NCBI GenBank assembly: GCA_009103225.1
Contig: RHPI01002533.1
Span: forward strand, 395,911 to 459,910
DNA from: Chlorokybus atmophyticus
Lineage: Eukaryota > Plantae > Mesostigma and Chlorokybus algae
Direction: 5' to 3'
DNA: 64,000 nt
How positions within the stretch are numbered: position 1 is the first letter of the stretch; every line of letters starts with the position of its first letter. The notes under the pieces are model-generated. The model was not told where the DNA came from. It saw only the letters and a list, made by a program, of their open reading frames with translations, and made no database searches. This document shows, one piece after another, positions 37,426 through 53,300 of this stretch. A program made the translations under genes and the position numbers.

Positions 37426-38935
37426 CGCTGATAGAGCGGGCCAAGGCAGGGAGTGGTGTGATGTGCAAAGGTTGAGGTAGAGTGGCTGGTTCCTGCAGTG
37501 GTCCGCAATCTGCATGACGGTCAAGGTGAGTGCAAACGGTAAGTGCAGTAATCAGGCATCATGAAGTCATGGCACTGCTGCAATGTTGCGGTGGTAAAAT
37601 GTTGCAAGGGCTGTGCAGATGCTCGTGTGCCGCCCGCCTTGGTTTCAATGGATAGTGATTGCGTGTGATCAACAGGAAGCCTTCCATGCAAAGCTTGGCT
37701 GCAATGCTTGGCGCTATATGCAGCATTGTAAGCGGAAGCGCACCAGATAACAAACAATGTGTCGCAATGACACTACGCAGATGATGGATGTGAGACAAGC
37801 AAGAGTAATGTGGTAATCGCATGCATGCCGACCGCGCCACCATTGCGGGGGGGTGTGTTGTTCCTTCATTGTTTCAAGCATGTGGTAAGCAAGCCTGCTG
37901 CTCAGACTAAGCCTGTGCCGCATGCCGCACCCTGAACCAATACTGACATACCCTCACCAAGCACAGTCGCAACTCGGCAGGGGAGAAGGGAAGGTAAATA
38001 ACGCTGCACCTATTGCTTACCTTCCGCACTGTGCGTGCTAACCCCGCCGCCGCCGCCGCCTGCTGCTGCCACCTTGACGACCACTGTAGCTTCCGGAAAG
38101 TAGACACCAAGCTTCCGGCAGAACTATCAGAAAAACTCCGTGGCTAAATGATGGGAAGTTGTTGCATCCTGCGGAAGGGAAAAAATGGCCTTCAGCCTGC
38201 TGCAGGTTGGCCTGGTGTGGAGGTTGACAAGCGGCGGGCGGCGACGGGCGGCGGTCCCGAGGGGGACTCCGCCGCTGCGGGCGGCAGCGCAGACGAGAGG
38301 GGTTGGCTCAGGAGCGTCTGGAGCGGCTTTGGTGTCCTGTGGGTTGTGCAGAGAGGGCTGGAGAAACGGCTGCCAGCGGGAGCCGGTGAGCAAAGCAGTT
38401 GTCTGATTTTGCTCAGACACAACCTAAGCAGTTGAGGTGCTTGTGCTAATCATAGCAATACGCTTTGTTGGGCTTCGTGGTTGCTCAAGGTCACACGGCT
38501 GCATTCTTTATGCGGACATGACTGTTAGCGTAGTTGTGGACACTTCTGGCTGCCAACGGACACATTATGCAGTTGCGTAGGCAGTGCGGTAGTAGCTTGT
38601 GGGCATATCAAAAGCCTAGTGCACGTCCTGCTATTTCACACTGACACAAGTCTGCACACCTTACTTGTTGAAACGCTGCTGGTGCAATTCTCTGGCGGGG
38701 CTGCCGCTTGTGCAAGTGTGCAAGCCGCAGCAGCACGTTGTGTGACTCTACAGCCGTACGTGACCGTAATTCGGGATACCATGCTCACCTTACAGTTGGT
38801 AGACTGCTCGTGCTGGTGGCTAGTATTTTGCCAGCACCAATTCGCAGCACACCTGCGCAAGACAGTCGAAGTCGTCAAGGGAAAGGCGGCTGATGCTTAA
38901 TCTCTGCCGTATTCTGCGAAGCCGGGACACGCAAA

Positions 38936-39019
38936 TCACAACACAACAACAGCTTAACACGACAGCCATTGCCAGCTGGCAATGGCTGTCGTGCAAGTAA
39001 AGCTGTTGTTGTGTTGTGA
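38936..39019. repeat. Long hairpin (36-bp perfect palindrome core plus 20-bp outer arms); partial second copy at 39058-39087
   Basis: TCACAACACAACAACAGCTT..CACGACAGCCATTGCCAG|CTGGCAATGGCTGTCGTG..AAGCTGTTGTTGTGTTGTGA. Confidence 0.92.
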
Positions 39020-39171
39020 CTGCTTGCTTGTTGGCACAACAGCTGCTTCACCTGCAAGACAGCCCTTGCCAGCTGGCAATGGCTTTCTTGCTGGTTCTCA
39101 GTAAAGCTGCAGGCGTTGTCGGCATGTTGTGTGCTTAACAATATACTGTCCCAACTGAATGCAGGAGAGGG

Positions 39172-42100
39172 ATGAATGCTGCCAGCGCAGGCTTTATGAG
39201 TAGCTTGTCGAACGCTCGCCACAGCAGCGGCGCGTCCTCTTTGCATGATACAACGCCCACGCAAACACACAAGCACGTGGAAGATCTGGTAGAACCAGAG
39301 GAAGAGCAGGAGCAGCTGGAGGAAGCGGAAGAGGAGAAGGAGGAGGAGGAAGAAGAGCAACTGCCCGTCAGGCGATCCTCCAGATCTACTGGCGCGACTC
39401 CTAGTGGTACTCCAGCGAAGGGGGATCACAGCTCCCCCGCGGTTGCTTCCAGCAAGCGGACGCCAAGATCAAGGTTTCGCCAGTTCTGGCATGCAGCTGA
39501 AGACTTTCCAAAGGATGTTGGGCAAGCACTCTCCGCAGGGTTGGACCATGCTAGGTAATCAGTCAGGATGTTGCTACGGCGTCATACACCTTGCTCAATC
39601 TAATAGTCACTTGGGGCAGCATTTTAAGCCTCATTTCATCATAACGGCTCATCAGCTGAAGCTGTCAACAGGTTGCATCCGAAGTTTCTACACACCAACG
39701 CGACAAGGTATTGCTATGTCACTTACTTAGCTTTATACCCAACTGCACAGTGTGTAGGTATACCATCTGATGTCGAGCTGACTGCTTCCTTGCAGCCATA
39801 AGTGGGCGCTTGGAGCGTTTGCAGAATTGCTGGACAATGCCATTGACGAAGGTCTTATGCTGCGTCATCATGCCACCATGTTAACTCTCATGCTGACAGC
39901 ATTGACCTGTGCAGTTCCTCGTGGCGCAACATATGTGAGTGTGGATGTTCAAAAGCAACCGGGCAACTCACGCCAGATGCTGGTGTTTGAGGATGATGGT
40001 TTCGGCATGACCCCAGAGAGCCTCCGAAGCTGTATGAGTTTTGGGTATGCACCTCCACTTTCCTGCGCACACTGGCCTGTGTACATTTCACATCAGTCTG
40101 TCACATCTATTGCATATGACACTGGTTGTTGCTGTTCCTGCACTCTCCTATGTTATCTTTCATTGCAGTTAATCGCCCATTGACGCCGTTGCGCTCAGGT
40201 ATTCGAAGAAGCTTCAGGGCAAGTTCATTGGCCAGTACGGCAACGGCTTCAAGACTGGCACTATCCGGCTTGGTGCAGACGCATTGGTTTTTACGCGATG
40301 TGAAAGCGATGGTCAAGTAACGGAGAGCTGTGGGCTTCTGTCGTACACGTTTCTGCGAGAAACAGGACAAGATGATGTAGTACGTGTTTAGCACAGCAAA
40401 GTTCCCCCCCTAGCCATACGCTACTTGACCATGAGCTTACAGTTGACTGATGTGCTTAGGTGGTTCCGATAGTTGATTGGGTGGGTGAGGGTGTGACCAA
40501 CGACTTGCAGCCAATGTTACGCGGTGGTCATCGCACAGAGTGGGATGACAAGTTGGAGACTATCATGCAATGGTCCCCATTCAAAGAGCAGGCTGCATTC
40601 TTTGCACAAGTACAGTGTTGAGCGCTTTATGCTTGACTCTGTTTGTGGCCATGAACGACTGTTTCTTGGTGTCTTTGTTGAGGTCAGTACATGGTATCGT
40701 GCTGAGTTGTGCTTAGTTGCAGTTTGAGCGCATACGTGAGGTTGGACATGGCACCACGATCCTAGTGTACAATCTGTGGGAGACAGAAGAGGGCGACCTT
40801 GAGCTGGACCTCACCACAGATGTAAAGGTAAGGGAGAGCCAATTGCAGTAGCGTGATGACAAGGACTGTGGCACACCTGTCGTGCAAGTTTCTGGTGCTA
40901 TGCTGCTTACATGGTTGCACGGGAGTGAATTTGGATGTTCGTACAGGACATTCGCAGCAGGGTTGCAAAGGCAGAGGTGACTGAGCAGAAACAAGGCAAC
41001 TCCAGAGTCCTGCAGGACGACCCCTATGATCGTTGGAAGTTTTCGCTCAAAGTATGTCGGGCTCTTGCCAGCATGGTGTCACAGAGAAACCATGGTTGTG
41101 TGGTCGGGAGTTGTGTTGTAATTGTCAGCGTCACAGGCGTATGCTGGTATACTGTATCTCAGAAGGCCGAATAACTTCAAGATCTATCTACGAGGACATG
41201 AGGTTCCGCATACGCCCATCCAGGAGCAGATCAAGTGCGTATTCTAAATATAAGTAAAAACACTCACCAAATGCCGTTGATGTTTTGGTGTTCTGCAGGC
41301 ACATTGGCGTGGCCAAGTATAGCCCTCGTGGGCACGCGCAGGATGGCCACCCCGTGAGTGCTTGTGTCTGCATTTGTTGCAGAGTGAGTCGCAACTGGCT
41401 TGCTGGCTTCAATGTGATGTTGTTTTGCAGTGTCCACCTGTTGAGATAAACATTGGGTTTTCGCCATACGCGCCTAAGACGTCCGTGATGGGCTTTTGCG
41501 TGTACAACAAGAATCGCCTAATTAAGGTGCGTGCTAGTTGACGCCGCAGGCTGTATTTTCCAAGAGTTACTGCATGTGAGTCATTTGCACATCCATTGAT
41601 GTGTTGCATCTGTGTACAGCCATTCTGGAAGGTTTACTCATCTGCGAGCTCTACTGGCCGAGGCGTTGTAGGTACTCATTTGCATGCCCTTGTGCGCTTG
41701 TGCGCATGAACACCGTGGGGATGTTCACCGACTCTTCTACTGTGAAAACAGGCATTCTTGAAGCCAACTTTATTGAGCCCGCTCATGATAAACAAGACTT
41801 CGAGAAGTCATATACGCTCTCTAGGTTGGAAGTCCGTCTCAAAAAGCTTGTGACTGACTACTGGTAAAACTGCAGTCTGTAGCTGTTCCTAGTGCTGGCG
41901 GTCATGTCCCATGCGCACAATATGCAATGCCTCACAACACCCTCGTGCAGGAGAGAGAATGCTGGCAAGGTCGGTTACTGGTCTGCAAACGTTGCAGGGT
42001 ACCATGCAGAGATGAGCAAACGGAAAAAAGCTGCCAAGGTCAAGGCGGAGGAGTCAGGTAGCCAAGCACTTGTTGGAGACAGAAGCAGTGCAAAGTGCAC

Positions 42101-43112
42101 CAGTGCGGTTGTCTTGCGCGTGCTGTAGTGGTCCTGTAGTTGGGCTGCGCGTTTTGCCAGCTGTAATTCAATCCACATCGTTGCAGATGACGTTGTGGAT
42201 GAAGCTGTTGATGACGAGGATGAAGCACCACCGCGCAAGGTGAAAGTAGAAGGCCGGGATGCAGCCAACAAGCGTGCAAGACCCGCCAAGCGACGCTCGC
42301 AAGCTTCAGATGTTGTCACTGACAGCGATGATGGTGAAGAATGCGAGGACGAAGGCGAGGTTGAAGTCAAGCGGTCGCCAGTGGCGTTACAGCAACAGTA
42401 CGCATCACCCGCACTGGAGTGAGCCGTTGGTCTGCTGCTTTGCTTCTGCTGACTCTTGCCACATTATGTGTGGCAGGTATTCACAGCTCAGCAAGGAGAA
42501 GTCCAGCCTACAAACTAGAGTAGAAGAATTGGAAAAGCAGGTCAGCAGTCATGGCTACGTCGCCAATTGCGTTGTACAGTGGCATTCCAGCTGTTGCATG
42601 CCTGCGTCATGGCTCGCCAAGGGTGACCAACGTACAACGAGTCACACTAAACCTGCTTTCACTGACATGGCATGGCTGTGTGGCAGGTTGCTCGGTTACA
42701 ACAGGAGCGCAAAGCTGCACTGCAGACCGCAAGCCAGTTTCAGCGTGCCTGCGAAGAAGCTCAGCTTGCCCATAAGGTACAGTGTGTGCTTTGTGGTGAC
42801 ATCTGCCTGAGCACAGTTGGCTTAGCTGCATATATAAAGCTCAGGTACTTCCACTGATTCCCTTATAGGATTACAGCTGGTGTTGCTAATTTGGTGTTGA
42901 TGTGCTTGTGCGTACCGCAGCAAGTAGATGCCAAGCTGAGGAGGCTGTCGACAACTACATCAATGCTACAAACTGAGTTGGAGAGCGCTCAAAAGGCGAG
43001 CACGAACAACGAGGAGACTTCAAGGCTCAGCACAGAAAATGAAGAGCTTAAGCTGCAGCTTGAAGCTTTCAAAAAGAAGCAAGCCGACTTGATGTCCATG
43101 CTGGTCGGATGA
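39172..43112 (+). CDS. MORC: Plant-type MORC GHKL ATPase with C-terminal coiled coil
   Basis: FRQFWHA...LDHAR|LHPKFLHTNAT|SHKWALGAFAELLDNAIDE; EDDGFGM; GQYGNGFKTGTIRLGADALVF; GLLSYTFL; GFCVYNKNRLIK; GILEANFIEPAHDKQDFEK; coiled coil ending MLVG*. An upstream exon (38148/38185-38384) may extend the gene. Confidence 0.93.
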
Positions 43113-43682
43113 AGCCCTCAGCGTCCATCCTGTGCCTAAAGATAACCACAATAAAATGCACTATAAATACTATCTTCCTGCGCCCCACTCCTCGGCCCTA
43201 GCCAGGTCGGGGCGGGTATAGTACCCGTTATTGTATATTGTGCCAGTTCCACTTGGCTCAGGAGTGCTGATGCATGAGGCTGAGCCACAGCAGGGTATGC
43301 TTGAGTGTACTGCGTCGCTTTTGCAACAGCTTCTAACAGGCTTGATGCATTCAGCCTGCTCATGACACTGTCAGCATGTTGAAGGCCAGTACAGTGAGCG
43401 CAAGCACATGCCACAATCTCTGCATCCTATATAATGTACATGTCATTTCCATGTGAACACAGTCAAGATGGGTGAACATGCGCACAGAATAGCTTGGCAG
43501 TACTCATAGTTTGTCCGTGCATGAAGCCCAAAGACACATAAACCATGTGATGGCATCCGCTAGTGACTCAGCACTGTGCCTTAGCACAACCTTGTGGGCA
43601 GATGGCCAGCTTGCGGTGCCAAGCAGGCCAAGACTGCCCACAAGCTGTAAACACACAGCAGCTCATCACACAACCCCACCAC

Positions 43683-46076
<2,394 letters not shown>

Positions 46077-46698
46077 CACCGCGGCGTCGCCGCCGCTGTG
46101 GGGGTGGCCTGAACGAGTTGCATGCAACTTGCTATCGTGTGTGACGCCTCTGTTTTGGGGGTTTGGGGATGATGGGTGATGATAACTTCTGTACAACACA
46201 CAGGAAAGGCCACGATGAAGCGACAAGGCTGTCAGTTTGTGCAAGGGCACAGTGCGCTGCAACGCGCATGAGGTGTATGAGTGCATCCAACAGGGCTACA
46301 CTACTGACACTCTGAAATGCATGTAGATGTGATTCTTACATGCATGCAAGGTAGGGTTATCACTGCAAGAGACCACATGCAATGTTCAACACTGCAACAC
46401 GGAAGTAGCACTTGCAATAGGTTTGCAGTGTGCGCAAGTGAGCCAACACTCCACATGACATCGTGTGGATCCTTGCCTTGACAACAGACGACACTAAGAA
46501 GCATTGCTCAGTTGCTGATATGCATGTCCCAACAAGCAACAGCAACAACAGAGCGCCATCTTCCTTGCAAGCTCTCCTCCGTCTCCTTGTTGAGCCTTTC
46601 TTATGTCCTTGATTCGCACAATCATTCCACTCGCTTGCTGACCCCAATAGAAGTCCCACCCCACCCCACCCACCCTAACCCTGTATGTACAAATTCAC

Positions 46699-49635
46699 TC
46701 ACTCGCTCTCCGTGAAGTCCACTTCACACTTGCCACTATGCCACTTCACTTCCACCCACGAGGGTTCCCACAACCCCCTCCACTTGGCACTCATCACAGG
46801 CAGCCTGCATTTCCCCCCCCACTCCGCCCTCGCCACACGCTCAAGCACATCATCAACCTCACCACCATCCCCGCCATCATCCCCATCCCCATCACTGTAG
46901 CTGTTCAACATCGCGATCGCGGCGGCCCGGCTGGCGTCCGCCTCGCTACCGCGCGAGGGGTAGAGGCGGATGAGGTTGGCGTAGCGAGAGAGGATGACGG
47001 CCGCCACGGCGTTGCGGGTTTTGGGAGGAGAGGAGGTGTGGAGGTGAGATGGCGTTGGGTCGATGCCGAGAAGGGACATGCTGGACCTGAGCGTTGGGAT
47101 GGGATAGGAGTTTAGTCGTGCAGAGCTTGTGCGATTTGGGAAGTGTTGAGTAACAAAGTCACAATGTGCGCATGTGCGCATGTGCATTGCTCGTTTGACC
47201 ATTAGTATATAAGCTGCAAACCTACCAATGCAGTCCCAGTGATCGCGCGCGCACACATGTGCCGCCCACATGCGCACGTGCAGACACACGCACCAGCACG
47301 CACATGGGCCATACAAGCACACGCACACGTGCTTTTACCCCCCCACCCCCCCACCCCACCCCCACCCCACCCACACTCGCACCCACACCAACAACAGAAG
47401 GCATACAGCCTGCGTACCGATACAGTCCTTCTGCCAGCATTAGCGCCGGCCTTCGCGCATAATCATCCGCAATGCAGGCCAGCACGAGCCCCACGCGCGG
47501 GTGCTTGTCGCCTCCGATTGCCTCTGCTGCACTCAACCCCTCTACGCACACACACACCAACTGGTCACACTCCCACCCAACACAAACACACGACTCAAAA
47601 GCCCAACACCCACCTTGCAGCTGCTCTTCCGCCTTGTCGTGCATGCCTCGATGCGTGTACAGCTGCCCGAGGCCGACTTTGGCATCCACCGCGAGTTCTT
47701 CATTGGACAAACCGGGAGCGAGTAAGGATACATCAACTTCCTGTTCATCCTCTTTATAGCCATGAGTTGAGGCGTACTGGTACACCTGGCTGTACAGATT
47801 CTTCACCAGCGCGGGATTGACACCGTTCTCGTGGTGCTTCATTGCGATCACATGGTGCTTTTGTGCTACACAGACAGGCCGGCATGCATTGCGTGAGTGT
47901 GCTTGTCAGGAGGGAGCATTGAGGGTATGTGTTACACATCCACATACCATGCGAGCCAATACGATGGCTTGTGCTGTTTGGAGATTCACGATGCAAGCAT
48001 ACAGCATAGGGAAGACACTGGCGATGTTGGCTGATAGACACCTTCCAAACACTTGTGCACAAGCAACTGCACTTTTGCAAGTACACATCAGTGACAACAT
48101 GAACCCACCGAGCTGTGATGTGTACTCGCTGATGTCCTGGAGCTTGTACGGTGTCCCGTCAGGTACAAGGTGGACGAGGGTTTTCCCGCTCACATGCTGC
48201 AAGGCCTGCTCACAAGTTCAGCAATCAGCTGGACTGCAGTTTCAGGCGCATGGATGTATCAACGCACCTTGCCGCCTAATCTGCTGGCAAGCACAGCGCT
48301 GGACTCTCTTGCAAAATCTGCACAGAAACAGACAAAGGTTGATTAGTAAGTTGGCGCGCGCGCACACACACAAAACAAACAGAAGAATTTACTGATAGAT
48401 ATTGTAAGAAGTTGTATGCAAGTGATTCAAGCCAAAGCGTACCCGAGAAGGGAGAGGGGCAGTCCCGGATGTCTTGTAGTATTGCCATCGCCGCGTCATG
48501 CTTGCCCCTGTTCAACCAGACCTGAAAGACCTGAAGCGCAAGCATACCACAACTTGCAGCTGCATCCACCAAGCACATCATCATGCACGCTTGGAACCAC
48601 CATACCACCACACCATCAACTTCACCACCACACAACCACAAAGCACGCAACCAAGCAGTACTGAATCTCTCATGCAGACGGCTGAAAGTGCACACTTCTC
48701 ACTCAGCAATGCGCTTGTTGTTGATGATAACCATCTCATGTTGGCATACCACTCTGCGTAGAGCGAAGCAGTGGCCAGCTGCGCCCGCACCAATGCGGGC
48801 TCGCAGGCGTCGTCCTCCACGAGAGCGCGCAGGCGCTGGAGGCCGTGGTCGAGGGCGGCCGCGGCGGCGGGTTCGGCAGCGGGACCTGTTGTTTCAAGTT
48901 GGTTGGTGGGTCAAGTACGGTGTGGGTGGAGAGCAGCTCAAGGACACACTTGGGTCAACATCCGCGGCTGTTGACCGACTTGTGCATTGTGGATGGTCAC
49001 ATGAAGGGCATGAAGCTCTCGCTGAAAGTGCGTGCAGTCCACAAGAGCTTGTGGACTGCAATGTCGACATCCTTTGTAAATGAAGTCAAGCTTTTCTGTT
49101 GTTTGGACGTTTCTCCTGAGACGTTGAACTGTGACATGCATGCACGCAAAGCAATGGTACGAAAACTTGACTGACCACAAGCCTTGCGGAGGGGGTGAGA
49201 GTTGCAAAAGGGAGCACACTACCCCAAAGACCAGGACCAGGACCAGGACCAGGACCAGTGCACTTGTTGGCTCTCAACTACAATAGAGTTAATAGAGTTA
49301 ATTCCTGCAAGGCCAGATCGCATGCAAGACATGATAACAAAGCTTGACGCAAAAACAGTCATGCACGCAACACCTAAAGCAGCTCACACGTGTGTTGAAC
49401 CTCAATTATCACACGCACAACACACTTGCTGCACACCTTGCTTGATGGCCTCCCGGGCAAATCTCACCAGCTGCCTAGACAGCTGCTCCCCCAAGGCCGC
49501 CCCTCCTCCTCCTCCTGCTGCCCCGCCGCCGGCGCCAGTCGCGGTGAAACGCACACGTGCAGCCTGGACGCCGGCCTGGACAGCGTGCATGCGGGCCTTG
49601 GCGGCCGCCCTCGCTACCGCCGCCGCCGCCGCCAT
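46699..49635 (-). CDS. TPR-like protein, probably organelle-targeted
   Basis: Presequence-like MAAAAAVARAAAKARMHAVQ...ARVRFTAT; helical exons; kinesin-light-chain-like TPR segment AEAIGGDKHPRVGLVLACIADDY...AEGLYR. Confidence 0.7.
49229..49258 (+). repeat. (GACCAG)5 hexamer repeat in an intron
   Basis: Direct reading. Confidence 0.9.
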
Positions 49636-50301
49636 GGCACTAGTCACCCAGCCATGCACGCTCGGATGCGGGGTGTTTGCATCATCGCTGGCAGCGTGTT
49701 GTTGCCTACTTTTTTTGATGTTTCTATGGTTTGTTGCTGTTACCAAGAAACGTTTCTGTCTTTTCTTTCCTTGCCTTTCTCTCCGGTGTACTAGTTGGAT
49801 GAAGTGCTCAAGCGCAAGCTGGTGGCCCTGGCGATGCATGATGACGAGGTTGGTCTTCCCGCAGGCTGCGACACGCAGCTCACACTCATGCAAGCTTGCG
49901 TTTCCTTGGCAATGGTAACTTCAGCAGCGGTTTCTCACCAGCACCGCAAGATATGCTACAATGTACACTTTCCGTTTCGCATTGTATGTACATGGTCGCA
50001 TTGTGGTGGAACCAAGCTGCCCACAGCACACACTCTGCCTGCCCGAAGTTGGGGACAGAGCATTGCGATCACACAACAGGCCAAATTGAACAGGTACACA
50101 ACGACACAGTCTACACACATCTGCCACGTGTAACGCAGGGAGAAAAGAAACGTGTGCATAAGCTTCAGATGTACTGTGTGTACATATTAGTCTAGTCTTG
50201 TCTTTGTGCTGTTGGGAGTAATTATAAACGGATGTACATACACAAGGTCTAGTGTACTGTAGGGACATTTGATACAAGTGATATGTGTACAAGGTTTGCA
50301 A

Positions 50302-53300
50302 TCACGTCGCAACAACCGGGCTGCGCCAGCCATGATGCATATAAAACAGCTGCATGGACCTCACGATACGCGCGAAGTGATAGAACAGTTTGGACTTCTC
50401 TCCGCCGGCGATGCCCGCCTGGCCGTGACGGTTGGCCCCGGTGATGTCGCTGCAGGGGGACCCGCCGATGACGAGGTCGAAAGGCCCGTAACGCCTTAGC
50501 ACCTGCGCCACGCCGTCGTCGGTGCCCAACTTCCCCGTGATGTCGCCGTGTGGCACGAACTTGTGTTCCATGCCTTGCTGCCTGCGTGAGCATTGTGTGT
50601 GTGCATGCTCGCACATGCTCTTGGGTGTGTGCGTGTGCGCACGCGAGTGTGCCTGCGCGCATGTGTGTGCACGTGTGCGTACATGCACATGTGTAGAGAT
50701 ACACTTTGCCAGGTGTAACATAACACCACACTTTACAGTGCCTTACTTGAACCACTTTGAAACAACCTTCTGCAGATCATGGTCTTTTTCAGACGTGTGG
50801 TATGTCTTGATCTTCACCTGCACAAGAGGCAGCACGGTTCCAAGTCAATGTGCATGCGCGTTCGCCACAATCTCGAGGCTACCTACACACTGCATTCACT
50901 AACCCGCCGCCAATACATACAACATCCCACCTTAAGCTCGTGAAGGATGATGGCTGCAGCACCGATACCGTCAAACAAAGACAAGACGCTGACACCGTCC
51001 TTGAGATCAGTGGAAGAGTGGCACTTGCGTGCGAAGGGCGTGAGCAACCTAACGAAGGTTGGCACCTGAACAAGCAGCACGAGTCATTAAGCACACTCTA
51101 ATAGCTGACAAACAGGGACAGTAGTAATAGTGACAATCAGCACATGTTCCAGCTTACGCAAAAGGTTGCTCCAATTGCTTGGGTACGCCGCTTGTGTTGA
51201 AACAACGGCACGGTGTAGTGCTTGGGCAGGCCCATGATTTCCTCCACCTCAGGTAGATGCAGCGATCTGTTCGTTTATCGCACTTAAATCAATCAGTAAA
51301 TGTCATTGAGTGTCATGTGTGGCATTCTGCGCACTGTGACAGTTGGGCAGAACGCGCTGACGAGGACATGAAGCCACGATAGCAGAAGCAGCACCTGAGC
51401 GTCTGCTTGTGGTAGCACTCATCCCAGATCAGATTCTTCTCCTTAAGCGCTTTTTTTTGTTTGTCATCCAGACAGCAGCCGGGTGTCTGCAGCGCATGGG
51501 TCATTGCCTTTGCCACTGAAGGGGACTGGCACACAAGCAAATATGTTCAGCACACATGTTCAGCATGCATGAACACGCACGACGGCTATGCTGCGTTCAA
51601 GACAACGTTGACATCATTACCCCAATGTCGCTTGTAATACAATTGAACTTGCGCCTCCTGTCCCACGGCTCCCAGTTGCGACGGAGATAAGGGAACATAT
51701 CAAAGATGGTAAAATCTTCCCCACCTGTGTGACCTTCTAAGCAATATGCGCATGCAATGCTGCAAGCTTGTGCACTTAAGTGTTGGCTTTTTCTGCATGT
51801 ATTGTGTGCGTGCATGCGTGCTCTGTAGAACAACAAATGTTGTACAGCAGGGCTTACTTGGGTCCCTGCATGGTGGGCGACCCTTCCTCGGAACATCAGA
51901 TATGATGATGCGTGGCCGCCTGCAGACCGCATCGTGCATGGATTCGACCTTTTCGCACCATATTCCCGAGGCCATCTGCAGATGCAGCCTGAATTCCCTC
52001 CTCGCATCTCGGATGTGCTGTTGGTTGTTGCCGAGTACGTTCTCAAAGAGCTGCAAGCAAGCAAGTATTGTATGAATGCAAATCTGGTTTGTGATGCATG
52101 TCAAAGCATGCACACGGACACAAGGACATGGTCTTGGAACATGCAAAGGAGGCACACATCCACATTGTGGAAGGATGAGACGAACCATGTAGAATGGCAA
52201 GGGGGGAAGGTCGCTCGGCGATTCCCATGATACTGGTTCTACCCAATCTGCCTGCACGACGCGATGTGTGCGTCCGCGCGCGTGTGTGTGTATATGTGTG
52301 TGTGTGTGTGTTGTCTTGCGAGTTTCATACGTGCTTGTGTGACATTGCCTAGCAGTTCTCACCTCTACGCGCTTGCGTGTGCGGGCTTGCGTTAACCCGG
52401 CGGCAGCCGTACGCCGAGTGATTCTGCCCCCGATGCCGCGATGAAGCTTGCGAGTAGGTTGGAGACAGCAGTCATCAACATCTTGCACGCCTGTCTCTTG
52501 CCAACGTCAATAGCCAGCAAACAAATTCACATGCTCGCATGCCAACCTACAACTACACGCACGCTGCTTGCTCGCACAACCGCTTACCACTTTCATTCTC
52601 AGACTCATCTCCAATGTGGTTTGATTGCTCGTGTTGCCTCGATGCTTCAACCTCATTCTGCCTGAGGCAAGCCGGCACGTGTTCAACCAGTGCGGCAAGC
52701 GTCATCTCTTCACCGCAATAAGGACAACAACTCTTCTCTGCCTCAATGCCTTCTTGCTCAGGTTCATCTGTCCGAACCCCGCATGCAGTTAGCGCACAGT
52801 CAGGTCTTCATGCATATGTCTTCATGTGCATGAAGACATACCTTCATCGCTTGTGACAGCCGACTCGACGTCCTCAGCCTCCTCTTGCAGCTTGGCCGCA
52901 GTCTCGTTGGTGTTCCAGCATGCTGGTGCATGGTCGATGAGGTCCAGCAATGGCAACTCAACACCGCAGAACCTGCAACGCTCCCTTTCTGTCGCCTCAA
53001 CGCCCAGTTCCGGCGCAGGGGGTCGACAAACTTCAGGTTTGGGGCGAACCATTGTCAAATCGACAGGTTGCTGTTGAGCTGGCACATGCATTGAGTACTT
53101 GAAAGACCAGCAAATGTAACAACGCTTGCACGCACACGCACAAAGTAGCTACCTGTTTCTTCCTTCTCCTCCTCCTGTTGCTGCTGCTGCTGCTGTGTTG
53201 CACTGGTTTCATTCACCTGGAAGCATGCTGGTGCGTGGTCCACCAGCTCCAACACTGCCATCTCGCTCCCACAGAAGGGGCATTGCTCAGACTCCAAGCA

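Noticed and set aside
47722-47731. U12-type donor-like GTATCCTT on the minus strand
   Set aside because: It falls inside an open coding exon (EVDVSLLAPG) of the TPR gene.
51313-51390. Apparent extra Cys cluster (CCFC...CAECH) inside the DRM catalytic region
   Set aside because: It lies after the CTCAG|GTGCTG donor; the phase-2 join to ATCGCTG gives QTLR-SLHLPEVEE, so it is intronic.
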